A stretch of 64,000 nucleotides of DNA from Eledone cirrhosa (taxonomy: Eukaryota). The number at the start of each line of letters is the position of its first letter. The first letter of the stretch is position 1. The stretch spans positions 17,050,001 to 17,114,000 of the forward strand of contig OZ024758.1 of the NCBI GenBank assembly GCA_964016885.1, given 5' to 3'. Below the pieces are notes generated by a model. The model searched no databases, was not told the DNA's origin, and was given only the letters and a program-made list of their open reading frames with translations. A program made the translations under genes and the position numbers. This document shows, piece after piece, positions 1 to 13,289 of this stretch.

Positions 1-281
1 TGGGCTGGCAAGAAGATAATCCCTGCCTCTATGTGACAGCCAACATATGAATTAAATATATATAAAGGAAGAAACTGTACGCTATTGATTAGATATCATG
101 TATTTTTCTTTTACATGAGATACTGACTGTCAAAGCATTTTTGTATTGTTCTCTCTTAACAATGATAAATGTTTTGAATCTCAATTATGTGAAGCCACTA
201 ACAAAGAGATTGGTGGATTGTATCTTGTCACCACAGTTCTTTGAGAAAAGCAGTTAATTATCAACAGATAAGTAAGTTCAT

Positions 282-2860
282 ATAGTGCTATGTAATGACA
301 ACAGAGCTGTGGAGTTCATCTCATACCCAAAAAGTTCCACAGAGTGGTTTGTAACAACAGCAGAGTTGTGTAGTTCATCTCATACCCAGGAAGTACCACA
401 GAGTGCTATATAACAACAGCAGAGTTGTGTAGTTCATCTCATACCCAGGAAGTACCACAGAGTGCTATATAACAACAGCAGAGTTGTGTAGTTCATCTCA
501 TACCCAGGAAGTACTGCAGAGTGCTATATAACAACAACAGAGTTGTGGAGTTCATCTCATACCCAGGAAGTACTGCAGAGTGCTATATAACAACAACAGA
601 GTTGTGGAGTTCATCTCATACCCAGGAAGTACTGCAGAGTGCTATATAACAACAACAGAGTTGTGGAGTTCATCTCATACCCAGGAAGTGCTGCAGAGTG
701 CTATATAACAACAACAGAGTTGTGAAGTTCATCTCATACCCAGGAAGTACTGCAGAGTGCTATATAACAACAACAGAGTTGTGGAGTTCATCTCATACCC
801 AGGAAGTGCCACAGAGTGCTATGTAACAACAACAGAGTTGTGGAGTTCATCTCATACCCAGGAAGTACTGCAGAGTGCTATATAACAACAACAGAGTTGT
901 GGAGTTCATCTCATACCCAGGAAGTGCTGCAGAGTGCTATATAACAACAGAGTTGTGGAGTTCATCTCATACCCAGGAAGTACTGCAGAGTGCTATATAA
1001 CAACAACAGAGTTGTGGAGTTCATCTCATACCCAGGAAGTACCACAGAGTGCTATATAACAACAACAGAGTTGTGGAGTTCATCTCATACCCAGGAAGTA
1101 CTGCAGAGTGCTATATAACAACAACAGAGTTGTGGAGTTCATCTCATACCCAGGAAGTACTGCAGAGTGCTATATAACAACAACAGAGTTGTGGAGTTCA
1201 TCTCATACCCAGGAAGTACTGCAGAGTGCTATATAACAACAACAGAGTTGTGGAGTTCATCTCATACCCAGGAAGTGCCACAGAGTGCTATATAACAACA
1301 ACAGAGTTGTGGAGTTCATCTCATACCCAGGAAGTGCTGCAGAGTGCTATATAACAACAACAGAGTTGTGAAGTTCATCTCATACCCAGGAAGTACTGCA
1401 GAGTGCTATATAACAACAACAGAGTTGTGGAGTTCATCTCATACCCAGGAAGTGCCACAGAGTGCTATATAACAACAACAGAGTTGTGGAGTTCATCTCA
1501 TACCCAGGAAGTGCCGCAGAGTGCTATATAACAACAACAGAGTTGTGGAGTTCATCTCATACCCAGGAAGTGCCACAGAGTGCTATATAACAACAACAGA
1601 GTTGTGGAGTTCATCTCATACCCAGGAAGTGCCGCAGAGTGCTATATAACAACAACAGAGTTGTGGAGTTCATCTCATACCCAGGAAGTACTGCAGAGTG
1701 CTATATAACAACAACAGAGTTGTGGAGTTCATCTCATACCCAGGAAGTACTGCAGAGTGCTATATAACAACAACAGAGTTGTGGAGTTCATCTCATACCC
1801 AGGAAGTGCCACAGAGTGCTATATAACAACAACAGAGTTGTGGAGTTCATCTCATACCCAGGAAGTGCCGCAGAGTGCTATATAACAACAACAGAGTTGT
1901 GGAGTTCATCTCATACCCAGGAAGTGCCACAGAGTGCTATATAACAACAACAGAGTTGTGGAGTTCATCTCATACCCAGGAAGTACTGCAGAGTGCTATA
2001 TAACAACAACAGAGTTGTGGAGTTCATCTCATACCCAGGAAGTACTGCAGAGTGCTATATAACAACAACAGAGTTGTGGAGTTCATCTCATACCCAGGAA
2101 GTGCTGCAGAGTGCTATATAACAACAACAGAGTTGTGGAGTTCATCTCATACCCAGGAAGTACTGCAGAGTGCTATATAACAACAACAGAGTTGTGGAGT
2201 TCATCTCATACCCAGGAAGTGCCGCAGAGTGCTATATAACAACAACAGAGTTGTGGAGTTCATCTCATACCCAGGAAGTGCCACAGAGTGCTATATAACA
2301 ACAACAGAGTTGTGGAGTTCATCTCATACCCAGGAAGTGCCGCAGAGTGCTATATAACAACAACAGAGTTGTGGAGTTCATCTCATACCCAGGAAGTGCC
2401 ACAGAGTGCTATATAACAACAACAGAGTTGTGGAGTTCATCTCATACCCAGGAAGTGCCGCAGAGTGCTATATAACAACAACAGAGTTGTGGAGTTCATC
2501 TCATACCCAGGAAGTACTGCAGAGTGCTATATAACAACAACAGAGTTGTGGAGTTCATCTCATACCCAGGAAGTACTGCAGAGTGCTATATAACAACAAC
2601 AGAGTTGTGGAGTTCATCTCATACCCAGGAAGTGCTGCAGAGTGCTATATAACAACAACAGAGTTGTGGAGTTCATCTCATACCCAGGAAGTACTGCAGA
2701 GTGCTATATAACAACAACAGAGTTGTGGAGTTTATATCATACCCAGGAAGTGCTGCAGAGTGCTATATAACAACAACAGAGTTGTGGAGTTCATCTCATA
2801 CCCAGGAAGTGCTGCAGAGTAGTTTGTAACAACAGCAGAGTTGTGGAGTTCATCTGGCAC
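282..2860. repeat. 59-bp tandem repeat array, ~43 copies
   Basis: Unit GAGTTGTGGAGTTCATCTCATACCCAGGAAGTRCYRCAGAGTGCTATATAACAACAACA repeated head to tail, with diverged edge copies and no unique spacers. Confidence 0.97.
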
Positions 2861-3054
2861 TTATGATGTGCCACGATTCCATAACATAAATAGTGATAGT
2901 ACTATGGTAATAGATGAATGTTACCTTATCTCACAGCACAGAGTTTAAATTCTGCTGTTGTCCTGCAGAGCAGTGATATAGAAATGGCACTCAACATATA
3001 GGGGGAAAGACACCTTTAGTGCCTCCACATTATGGAATTGGTCTCTGAAGTCTC

Positions 3055-3320
3055 AGATAACCTGTGAAAGCACTGCCTATGTTTTCAAAAGTTCTGCTTC
3101 TTCTTTGCCCACTTATTCTAAAGAGGGTCATGGAGACAGAGTCCTCAAACACTCCCTCCAGTGGGTCCTGTCAGAAGCAAACATCTCCAACTTATCTGGC
3201 TGGATCCCCAAGTGTGACCAGCCAACCTCATGGATGTTATCCAACCATCTAGCTCGGGGTCTACCCCTGGGTCTCTTGCTGCTTGGTTTTACCAGTAAAA
3301 TCTGTCCAGCAATACTGAAT
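3055..3320 (-). mobile_element. Degenerate RTE-like LINE 3' fragment
   Basis: The minus strand reads as a GRPR-type RTE C-terminus with a GAA-like tail. Related to 3660-3845 (+) and 11686-11830 (-). Confidence 0.55.
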
Positions 3321-3659
3321 AAAAAGAAACTTGGAAGGCTTGACAGTCCAGAAGAAATTTTGTGTCTCTTTATAACTGTGCCTGATGGTAACTACTGGTC
3401 CATGCACCCTCTTGCTATGCCTCTGCTGTAGTGTGCATTAAAAAACCACTTTAGTGTATTTCCCTTTTAAATCTTTATTTAACAAGTGAGTCATTATATT
3501 GCACTTTGTCTCAATTGATATACTGTTCAATTACCAGCAGCTCAATTCTTTTAAAATCAGAACAAATTTCTATTTAATTTGTTGATTCAAAATTGTCTGA
3601 AATTGATCTTTGTTCTATGACACATACCAGTTTGTTTTAAAGTATTTATACAGCTTGGT

Positions 3660-3845
3660 TGGTCATGGTGGGGATACAGCCGGATAAGTTGGAGAGGATT
3701 GCTTTTGAAAGTACCTGCTGGAAGGAGTGTTTGAGGACTCTGCCTCCATGGCCCTCTCAGGAATAAGTCGTTGAAGAAGAAAAAGGCAAAGAAGAAGAAG
3801 AAGATGACAAATAAGAAGAAGAAGAAAAAGAGGAGAAGAAGAAGG
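3660..3845 (+). mobile_element. RTE-like LINE 3' end with (GAA)n tail
   Basis: Inverted homologue of 3110-3225, followed by a GAA-rich tail. Confidence 0.55.
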
Positions 3846-3959
3846 TTTCACCAACAAAACTTTGTGATGTTGATGTCTTACCCAGAGGTGTATCACTAAA
3901 GTCAAGGAACTGATATGGAACCCATCAACAATCAATGAAATATCTGGATAAATCAAGTA

Positions 3960-4372
3960 ATGGTTTCTTATATAAGCACAAGGCCAGCAATTTTGGGGGA
4001 GGGGAAAGTCGATTAAATCGACCCCAGTACATTACTGGTACTATATTTTATCGACCCCTTAAGCATGAGAGGCAAAGTTAACCTCGACTGGATTTGAACT
4101 CAGAAACCAGAACATACACAACAACAACAACAACAACAACAAAAAAGAATGGTTTCTTATATAGGCACAAGGCCAGCAATTTTGAGGGAGGGGAAAGTCG
4201 ATTAAATTGACCCCAGTGCGTGAGACTGGTACTTTATTCTATCGACTCTGTAAGGATGAAAGGCAAAGATAACCTTGGCAGGATTTGAACTCAGATCATA
4301 AAGGGTCGTAACTCTATGCTGGAAAGCATGGCGCCCGATCCGACCCTCTACCGATACATCCAATCCACCACC
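3960..4372 (-). mobile_element. Two tRNA-derived SINE copies (family S1)
   Basis: Reverse complement of the head GGTGGATTGG...GAGTTCAAATCC (pol III A/B boxes) and the central GCCTTTCATCCTTACGGGGTCGATAAAATAAAGTACCAG motif. Confidence 0.85.
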
Positions 4373-4900
4373 CTCGGGTAAGTCAAATAATAAATGAATG
4401 CTGTGGCCTTGTATGAAATACTGTGGCTTGCACCATAATTTATGATGAACTCATAAGCCAAATGTCAATACATTGATACTTCATCCTTCCATATTATAAC
4501 TCTGGAATTTACAGATTACTCCTGCCAAAAATTAAGGATCAATAAGCTCAATATATTTCTGATTCTTGCTTCCACTGTCCCATTCTCTTTCTCTCAATAT
4601 TCTGCCATCTTTCTCTTCTTGCTCTTCTTTCCCATTCTACTCTTAAATCTTAATTCTTCTTCTCCTCCTTTCCTTCTTGATCTCTGTCTTGTTATAATCT
4701 CCTTTGCCTTTTCCATGTTATTTTCCTTGCTTAGAGACCTCACACTTCCAAGTTTCACTCATGTGCTTCATCCCTATCTATCTATATATCTAGCTATCTA
4801 GTTAAGTAGCTAGGTAAATAGCAATATGTCTATCTCTCTGTCTATATATCTATCTAGCATTCTGTCTATCTATCTCTCTATGTATCTATCTAGCAATATG

Positions 4901-4965
<65 letters not shown>

Positions 4966-4969
4966 ATCA

Positions 4970-5680
4970 GCCTGTAGGTTGAGGAAAAGGAGGAGGAGAG
5001 GAAAGGAGTACAAACTCTTCGTACTCCTGGAGATGAGGGTTGCACATTTTTTCGGGGGTATGTGTTACCCATATGAACTGTCTCCCCCTATTGGGGAAAA
5101 TCGACTAATATTTTAAATTGCATTTGTGATAACATTTTACACGTTTTTATTGTATGTAAACTTCCCTCTTTGTATTTGTCCCCTTCTTTTGTGCCCCTGT
5201 GGCTAATAAAGAAACATATCTATGTGTTATGGCTATGGTGAAAGAGGTTATATGGTGGACGAGGTTAAAAGGGCTGAGGTCAGACACGTTTCTCTCCGGC
5301 GAGCAACTGATTCGTTCTTTCAAATATCAATTTGGAAGAAGAATCAGGATGGATAGAGAGGTGCTGTACCCCAGCAAATTTTATAAAAGGTGGGTAAATG
5401 TGGCAAAGATGGCCCGAGTGGTTGGGCCTTCTCTCTATATAAACCTGTAGGTTGAGGAAGAGAGGAAGGGAGTATTCGCTCTTGGTGCTCCTGGAGATGA
5501 GGGTTGTACATTTTTTCGGGGTGTGTACAACCCCTGTGTAACGCCTCCCCCCTATTGGGGATATCAATTGTTATTTGTTATTTTATTAATAGTTTTATTT
5601 TCATATACATGTATGTAAACTCCCCATTTGTATTTGTCCCCTTCTTTTGTGCCCCTGTGGCTAATAAAGAAACATATCTA
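4970..5680 (+). mobile_element. Two tandem 3' fragments of a Tx1/L1-like non-LTR element inside a (TATC)n microsatellite
   Basis: ORF 5199-5450 (KEVIWWTR...FYKRW) resembles a Tx1/L1 ORF2 C-terminus. The 3'UTR is duplicated, and each copy ends GGCTAATAAAGAAACA followed by TATC. Confidence 0.6.
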
Positions 5681-5688
5681 TCTATCTG

Positions 5689-5720
<32 letters not shown>

Positions 5721-6466
5721 CCTACCTATATATCTAGCAATCTGTCTGTCTATCTAATTATGCATCTTTAATGTTAGAATACATCATTCGCAGATGATCT
5801 ACTACTTTCTCTCTCTCTCTCTCTCTGACCCTCTCTCTCTTTTTTTTTATTTGTTACTATTATCTTTCTCTTAGATTCTTTCTCTCTCCATCTCACTCCT
5901 TCTGAACCATATTCTTTCACTATCCCACTCTTTCTCTTCCTCTCTATGTCACCCCTTAACTATCTCACTCCTTCTCTACCAAATTCCACACCATCTCACT
6001 CTTTCTCTTCCTCTCTATCTCACTCCTTCACAATCTCGCTCCTTCTCTTCCATATTAATAATTAGTTCTTTCCAATCCTAGTAACACAAACTTTAAAGAA
6101 ATAATTGATTTTCATCCATTTTTTTTTTTGTACAACATATATTTTTGTTTTTCATGTACTATATTTCAGATTTTGCCTCTTAGTTTAAATATTATGCTAA
6201 ATATATTTTCTTTGTTATTGTTATTCTTATTGAGCTGCTAGTAATGATATTGTTGTTAGTCCTGTTAGTGTTGTTTTGATGTGATAATGGTGCTTATGTT
6301 GTTTTCAGAGTTTGAGATGAGATTTACATCTCATAGTTGTTTATTTTACTTTAAGATGTGTCTTTTTATTCTATTTATTGCAGAAGTATCAACGGAAAGA
6401 CCCAATTTTGTTTACTCAAATAATTACTTCAACAAACACACATGCACACAAACACACACTCATGTG

Positions 6467-6516
<50 letters not shown>

Positions 6517-6591
6517 AACATATATATATGTCTCTATATATATATATATAGACAGACATATATATATGTATACACATATATATATGTATAC

Positions 6592-6628
<37 letters not shown>

Positions 6629-6953
6629 TAAATACATATCTATAGACATATGTATATGAACATGGAACCTCGTTCTTCCCCCAACTCTCACATTCATATA
6701 TACACACACACACACACACACATACACCTACACACATACACCACCTTCAGCCCTCCCCGCTCGGACCCCCCCCCACGCTCCACACCCTTCCACCACTTGT
6801 TTAGCTTCATGCTTATTTTTATTTTTATTTTTTTAATTTTTATTTGTACCCCTTCTACCGTTTTTCCCCCCTTTCCTCCCCCCCTTTTTTTCTAAATGTC
6901 TCTCCTCCACTCCTTTACACACCCTCGGAACTCTCTTCCCACCCACTTTTCCC

Positions 6954-6981
6954 CTGAAGAAAGGCTTATGCCGGAAACGTC
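6954..6981 (+). ncRNA. Minimal hammerhead-like motif (stem I not evident)
   Basis: CTGAAGA-aa-GGC TTAT GCC-g-GAAA-CG-TC. Paralogue of 22318-22345; AATAAA and (TA)n follow. Confidence 0.5.
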
Positions 6982-7074
6982 ACCCCCCCCACTCTCAAGA
7001 ACGTAAAACTAATAAACCTTTGTTCGGACTGCCTCTCTGTTTTGTTCCCGTTCCATTTTTCACTATATATATAT

Positions 7075-7458
7075 CATCATCATCATCATCATCATTTTAC
7101 GTCCGGTTTTCCCTGCTAGCAAGGGTGGGACGGGAACTGATTCTGGCTTGATTTCTACAGCTGGATGCCCTTCCTAACACCAACCTCATTTACAGTGAGT
7201 GCTGGGTGCTTTTTTTGCCTTGGCATCTCCACGTCCACTTTACGGTGTGGGCTGGGTGCTTTTTTGCTGTGACACCTCCACGACCACTTTGCAGTGGAAT
7301 GATAGGGACCCCAGTCCCTATCATCTCATTTCTACAGCTGAGTAAACTGGAGCAATGTGAAATAAAGTGTCTTGCTCAAGGAAACAACACATCACCTGGT
7401 CTGAGAATTGAACTCACAACATTTTGATTGGAAAGCCAATGCTCTAACCACTAAGCCA
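7075..7458 (-). mobile_element. tRNA-head SINE with RTE-type (GAT)n tail (family S2)
   Basis: Minus-strand head TGGCTTAGTGGTTAG...GAGTTCAATTC, central CCTTGAGCAAGACACTTT, and a 3' end matching RTE LINE termini. Confidence 0.85.
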
Positions 7459-7689
7459 TATATATACATATATATTAGTGTGTGTGTATGTCCATGCAAG
7501 TATCTCCATGCCAGTATGTGTACATGCTTGTTTCTAAGCCATTTCTATTGTATCAATATCAGTGACAAGTTTATTGGTTATTTTTAATGAATGTGAATTC
7601 AGAATGAAAAGTTGTTTTCTCAAGGATCTAACAATAATAGCATGAAGGATTTAGATAAGAAGGAAAGTATCTAGATTTTAAAAGAAAAA

Positions 7690-7811
7690 TACTATATATA
7701 TATATATACATATGTTTTATATATATATATATTATATATATATGTTTTATATATATATTATATATATATATTATATATATATGTTTTATATATATGTTTT
7801 ATATATATACA

Positions 7812-7843
<32 letters not shown>

Positions 7844-8030
7844 TTATATATATATATATAATATGTATGTTATATATATAATATATATGTTATATATAAT
7901 ATATATTATATGAATGTTATATATATATATTATATATACAGTATATATATATATATGTATTATATAAACATATATATAATATATATACATCATATATATA
8001 TATATATAAACAGTGTATATATAAACAATA
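7690..8030. repeat. Degenerate (TA)n microsatellite
   Basis: Direct reading. Similar tracts occur at 8590-9390, 15950-16330, 22686-23027, 23870-24365 and 58125-58276. Confidence 0.95.
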
Positions 8031-8597
8031 AATAAATGAAGAAACAAAACAACAAAAAACAAATAACATAAGATATATATTTAAAAAAATTAAATTAAAA
8101 TGAAAATAAAACGATGAAGTCCATAACAACAAAAACCAAAATTTCAAAAAATTAAAATAACTTAACGACATCAATTATTTTGTTAATTGTTAAATAGTTT
8201 GGTCGACGCAGAAACTGGAAATTAGATGTTAAAATATCAATATTGGAAGACATTTGAAGATTAGCAGAGATTATTTTGGTAATAGGAATTGAGAGACTAA
8301 AAGAAGAAAAACAATTCTATCTATATTGACATTAGTAAAACGCCAAAGTAGGCAAGGATACAATGGAATCTTCTTAACAGACAACCGAAAATCTGTGAAA
8401 TTAAATATTGTCTGGGATTTTGTGTGTACTTGTAATACTAAAAATTGGTAATGGTAGTAGAAATAGGTGTGGTAATAGTATTAGTTGTAGTATAAGTATT
8501 AGTAGTAGTAGTATAGTAGTAGAGGGAGGGGGTGGAGTAGAAGAAAGTTTGAGTAGATAATTCCATACTCAGACAAACACATAAAGATATGTATGTG

Positions 8598-8631
<34 letters not shown>

Positions 8632-8879
8632 GTGCGTGTGTGTGTGAGTGTATATATAAACAAATATATATATATATATGTGTGTATATGAATATATATA
8701 TATATATAAACATATGTAGATAAATCTACCAAAATATACAGTAGTGTCCAATCCGTAAGAAGAACTCAAAGTAATCCAAATATCATGAAAAGATATAAAC
8801 ATATATATATATATATATATAAGTATATATAAACACACATATATATATATATAAACATATCTATACATATGTAAATATA

Positions 8880-8921
<42 letters not shown>

Positions 8922-8998
8922 TATATATATATATATATATGTATAGTAATAATAATAGTAATAATAATAAAATTGAAGACTATATATGTATATATGTA

Positions 8999-9035
<37 letters not shown>

Positions 9036-9299
9036 AGTAATAATAATAGTAATAATAATAAAATTGAAGACTAAAATCCAAAGGGTGAAAGCAGCGATTC
9101 TTTGCTTAAACTTTAATCTGTTATTTTAATAAATATATATATGTATATATATATATATACACACATATATATATATATATATAAATATATACACATATAT
9201 ATCTATATATATATATATATATACACACATATATATATATATATAAATATATACACATATATATCTATATATATATATATATATATACACATATATATC

Positions 9300-9331
<32 letters not shown>

Positions 9332-9352
9332 TATCTATATATATATATATAT

Positions 9353-9387
<35 letters not shown>

Positions 9388-9391
<4 letters not shown>

Positions 9392-9523
9392 AAAAGAGTC
9401 AGGACCCCAACAGCTGAGCTCCGGCCTTTTCGACAGCTAGATCTGAACGCTCGGATCTGAATGTTCGGATCTAGCTGTCGAAAAGACCAGAGCTCAGCCG
9501 TTGGGGTTCTGACTCTTTTTCTA
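9388..9523. repeat. Imperfect palindrome of TA-embedded family P1
   Basis: About 60-bp inverted arms (GAAAAGAGTCAGGACCCC...GGGGTTCTGACTCTTTTTC). Homologues lie at 15839-15952, 23350-23500 and 58540-58723. Confidence 0.85.
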
Positions 9524-9880
9524 TTATCCATTCTACTACCCTAAGTATCGAGTACTCAGGGGTGTGTGTGTGTAATAGTAATATACGCGAAGTGGTCGTG
9601 GAGGTGCCACGGCAAAAAAGCACCCAGCCCACATAGTCAAGTGAACCTGTAGGTGCCACAGAAAAAAAGCTCCCAACACTCACTGAAAATTAGGTTGGTG
9701 TTAGGAAGGGCATCCAGCTGTAGAAATCAAGCCAGTATCAGTTCCCGTATGAGCAAGACAAGGTCAGCCAACTGGACACTGCCCACAACAGGACAACCCG
9801 TCTAACCCATGCTAGCATGGAAGAACGGACGTAAAACAGTAATGATGATGATGATTTATATATATATATATATGTATATA

Positions 9881-10146
9881 TCATCATCATCATCATTTCA
9901 TTTTACGTCCGCTTTTTCCCTGCTTGCAAGGGTGGGACGGGAACTGATTCTGGCTTGATTTCTACAGCTGGATGCCCTTCCTAACACCAACCTCATTTAC
10001 AGTGAGTGCTGGGTGCTTTTTTGCCGTGGCACCTGCACGACCACTTTGCAGTGGAATGATATGGACCCCAGTCCCTATCATCTCATTTCTACAGCTGAGT
10101 AAACTGGAGCAATCTGAAATAAAGTGTCTTGCTCAAGGAAACAACA

Positions 10147-10150
<4 letters not shown>
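9881..10150 (-). mobile_element. SINE family S2, truncated at the head
   Basis: Near identical to 20975-21320. Confidence 0.85.
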
Positions 10151-10175
<25 letters not shown>

Positions 10176-10182
<7 letters not shown>

Positions 10183-10329
10183 AGATCAAAAGATGGTTAA
10201 AAGAGTTCCAAGTATACATTTTAACTATCTTTTGATCTTTTATTATTTATACTCCAGTCCTACAAACTGTAGAGTGCTACTTATCCAATATTTGCATTGC
10301 TTTCTTGTGCTACAATAAAACTCACCTCC

Positions 10330-10335
<6 letters not shown>
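10176..10335 (+). mobile_element. 3' end of the hammerhead-bearing element family of 58420/39100, with inverted 5' copy
   Basis: AAGATCAAAAGATGGTTAAAA...TTTTAACTATCTTTTGATCTT inverted pair, then ...AATAAAACTCACCTCCTACA(TA)n. Matches the reverse complement of 38978-39100. Confidence 0.75.
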
Positions 10336-10371
<36 letters not shown>

Positions 10372-10546
10372 TTATATATCAATAGTAAAAGATACACCAG
10401 TCTCTCTCCCTGTCTCTGTTTACGTGTGATTATAGGCTGGTTCTTCTATTTATGATGTAACTGAAGTATTATGTTTGTGAGTTAATCTGATGTATCTTTC
10501 ATATTCGTCTTATCTTAGAAAGATTAATACATTCTATTTCCTGCAG

Positions 10547-10585
10547 GTTTTGAAAAAGACAGATCAGGATATGTTTACATTGCAA
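10547..10585 (+). other. Candidate 39-nt micro-exon
   Basis: Acceptor TTCTATTTCCTGCAG and donor CAA|GTATGA. Open as VLKKTDQDMFTLQ or (G)FEKDRSGYVYIA; no homology recognised. Confidence 0.25.
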
Positions 10586-10721
10586 GTATGAATTAGTAAT
10601 GAAGTTTTCAAGATCTTAGTTCCTAGACACACACATTCACATACACACATGTACTGACAGACACCATAAAAAAATCCCCATCATACTTTTATATCATAAT
10701 CATTATTATCATCTTCATTAG

Positions 10722-11310
10722 TTGTTCAGAGACGTGCAACCAAGCGAATATCCTCCATCAGGCATCTACCATACTCTGAATGCCTTGCTTCTCTGGGCAT
10801 GGATACATTGAAGCTCCGACGTCTGGCAACTGACTTGGTAAACATCCACAAAATTATTAACCATCTTGCCAACAACAACCCTGAGTACCTTTTTGATTTC
10901 CATGTGTCTAACACACATAGGCATGCCAACAAAGTCAGAAAACAGCACAGCTGCCATGACTTACGGAAACATTTTTTCATGCTCAGAGTTGCTGAAGCAT
11001 GGAACAAACTCTCAGCATCAGTTATTAGCTGTTGAGACACTGCATCCTTTAAAACCTCCATGGAACAAACTCTTGGCATCAGTTATTAGCTGTTGAGACA
11101 CTGCATCCTTTAAAACCTCCATGCTTCCTGAGATTCGCCAACACTACACCTAATATTCTCTCTCCATACACACACACACATGCATATCATGACTCATACA
11201 CTATTCACTTCCCTGACATTTGTATATTATTCTATGTACTATACATGCACCTTTGATGAGTTGTAGTGCACCTAAGCACTGTACACAATAATTTCATTAT
11301 TATTATTATC
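10722..11310 (+). mobile_element. CR1-clade LINE 3' fragment with (ATT)n tail
   Basis: VQRRATK...LKLRRLATDL...RKHFFMLRVAEAWNKL is a typical CR1 C-terminus, with a ~60-bp internal duplication. Other 3' copies lie at 50340-50583 (-), 54390-54540 (-) and 55128-55410 (+). Confidence 0.85.
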
Positions 11311-11789
11311 ATCATCTTCATTTTACATCCATTTTATTTCTTCTTGATATGGGTTGGATCGGTCATTATGGACCAGGTTAGTAATTAATTGGAGTTACTC
11401 TCCACTCAGATGGATTGAGGTCCATGTCTCTCTCAGTACAATCCATTTACAGCATAGTTTCTACAGCTGGATGCCCTTCCTACTAACACCAAACACTTTG
11501 TAGAATGTACTAAGAGACACTGGTACTACCACTTTACAGAATATAATGGATGCATTTTTTTTGCTACCAAGATGATGTCATATTCTGGACATGGCTTAAA
11601 AAATCTGTTTTAACCATTTATTATTTAAACCGGCCATAACCAGCCAGAATTCTCTCACCTCTTTCTGTTCAAACCAGCTAGATCCCCAAGTGTGACCAGC
11701 CAAAATCATGGATGTTATCCAATCATCTTACTCGGGGTCTACCCTTGGGTTTCCAGCTGGTTTGTTTTGCATTTAAAATCTGTCCAGTG

Positions 11790-12122
11790 AATCTTTCCCG
11801 AAACATTCTAACCACATGCCCATAGTATCGGAGCTGCGATCTCTCAATTCAAAGAAGTAGCAGCTCTAACTGGATTTGACTATCTGATCTCTGAGCTACA
11901 AATGTGTCTAGCAATTCTTTCCTGAGACATTCTAACCACATACCCTTAGTATCGGAGCTGCGATCTCTCAATTCGAAGAAGTAGCAGCTCTAACTGGATT
12001 TGACTATCTGATCTCCAAGCTACAAATGTGTCTAGCAAGTCTCTCCTGAGAGATTCTTATTACAAACCCTTAGTATCGGAGCTGTGACCTCTCAATTCGG
12101 AGATGTAGTGGCTCTACCTGGA
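11790..12122. repeat. ~121-bp tandem repeat, ~2.7 copies
   Basis: TAGTATCGGAGCTGCGATCTCTCAATTC...GTAGCAGCTCTA recurs at about 11823, 11948 and 12071. Confidence 0.8.
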
Positions 12123-12147
12123 GTGTACCTGTCATCTATATTTCTAA

Positions 12148-13030
12148 ATCATCATCATCATCATTTTATGTCCGCTTTTCCCTGCTTGCAAGGGTGGGAC
12201 GGGTCTTCTTCAGCACAGCATCTCTCCATTCGTCACGGTTCTTCATCATCTTCTTCGTGAAGTTCAGTGACCTGAGGTCTGCTTTCACCACCTCCACCCA
12301 TGGTTTTCATGGTATTCCTCTATTGCATCTTCCTTCTACCGGGATTTCTTGGCACTTCTTTACCCAGCGGTCATCCTCCATATGCATCACATGTCCATAC
12401 CAACGCAGTCTTCTCTTCTGCACACTTCAGCAATCTGAGGTCTGCTCTCACCACCTCCACCCATGTCTTCTGGGGACTTTCTCTACTGCATCTTCCTTCT
12501 ACCGGGATTTCTTGGTGCTTCTTTACCCAGCGGTCATCCTCCATATGCATCATGTCCATACCAATGCAGTCTTCCCTCCCACACACTGCAGCTTATTCCT
12601 CTTATAGAATCTGTTACACATCCATCGGAGCATGAAGGCTTCATTTCTTTCTAATCTACGCAAGTCTTCTACAGACAGTGTCCAGATCTCACTACCATGT
12701 AACATTGCTGTTCGTATACACGCATCATACAATCTGCCTTTCATTTTGAGGGAAAAGCCTTTTGCAGCTAGCAGTGGCAGTAACTCCCTGAACTTCTTCC
12801 ATCCCGTTCTTACCCTAGTTATTGTACTTTCCGAACACCGACCTCCGCTGCTAATTTGGTCCCCTAGGTAGCAGAAGCTGTCTACTGTTTCTACAGAGCC
12901 CTCCCAGAGTTTGGTGGTGCCTGTTTCCTGTGACCGTTTGCTACCTGCTGTCCCAGCGCAGCTGCTAAATGTGAAGCCTACATTCTCAGTTAAGCTTCCT
13001 GAGATCCCACTACATCTCTCGTATAAGCAT
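12148..13030 (-). mobile_element. Degenerate RTE LINE fragment (older subfamily)
   Basis: KGRLYDACIRTAMLHGSE...LERNEA and PVEGR...PQKTW motifs, internal duplication, (GAT)n tail. Confidence 0.9.
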
Positions 13031-13289
13031 TGTTGAGTAAACCCTAAAAATCACAAGATCTTAATAGCACATTCTTCCATGACTTCATCAGTGTTAGAAC
13101 TAATTAAAATATAACTTGTGTCTGATTTCTAGTGCAAATTACGCAGCAAGCAGAATCTACGAAACAAATTTTAAATTGTCAATTAGAATCACTTCATTCA
13201 GCAATTAAAGAAATAATGGTTTGGGGTGGGGTGGGGTGGGGTGTGGGCTATCAACGCCATTACCACACATTTCTATTTTGTTTATATGT

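Noticed and set aside
282-2860. CRISPR-like or ribozyme-satellite interpretation of the 59-bp array
   Set aside because: No unique spacers, no cas genes, eukaryotic context, and no CTGANGA/GAAA core on either strand.
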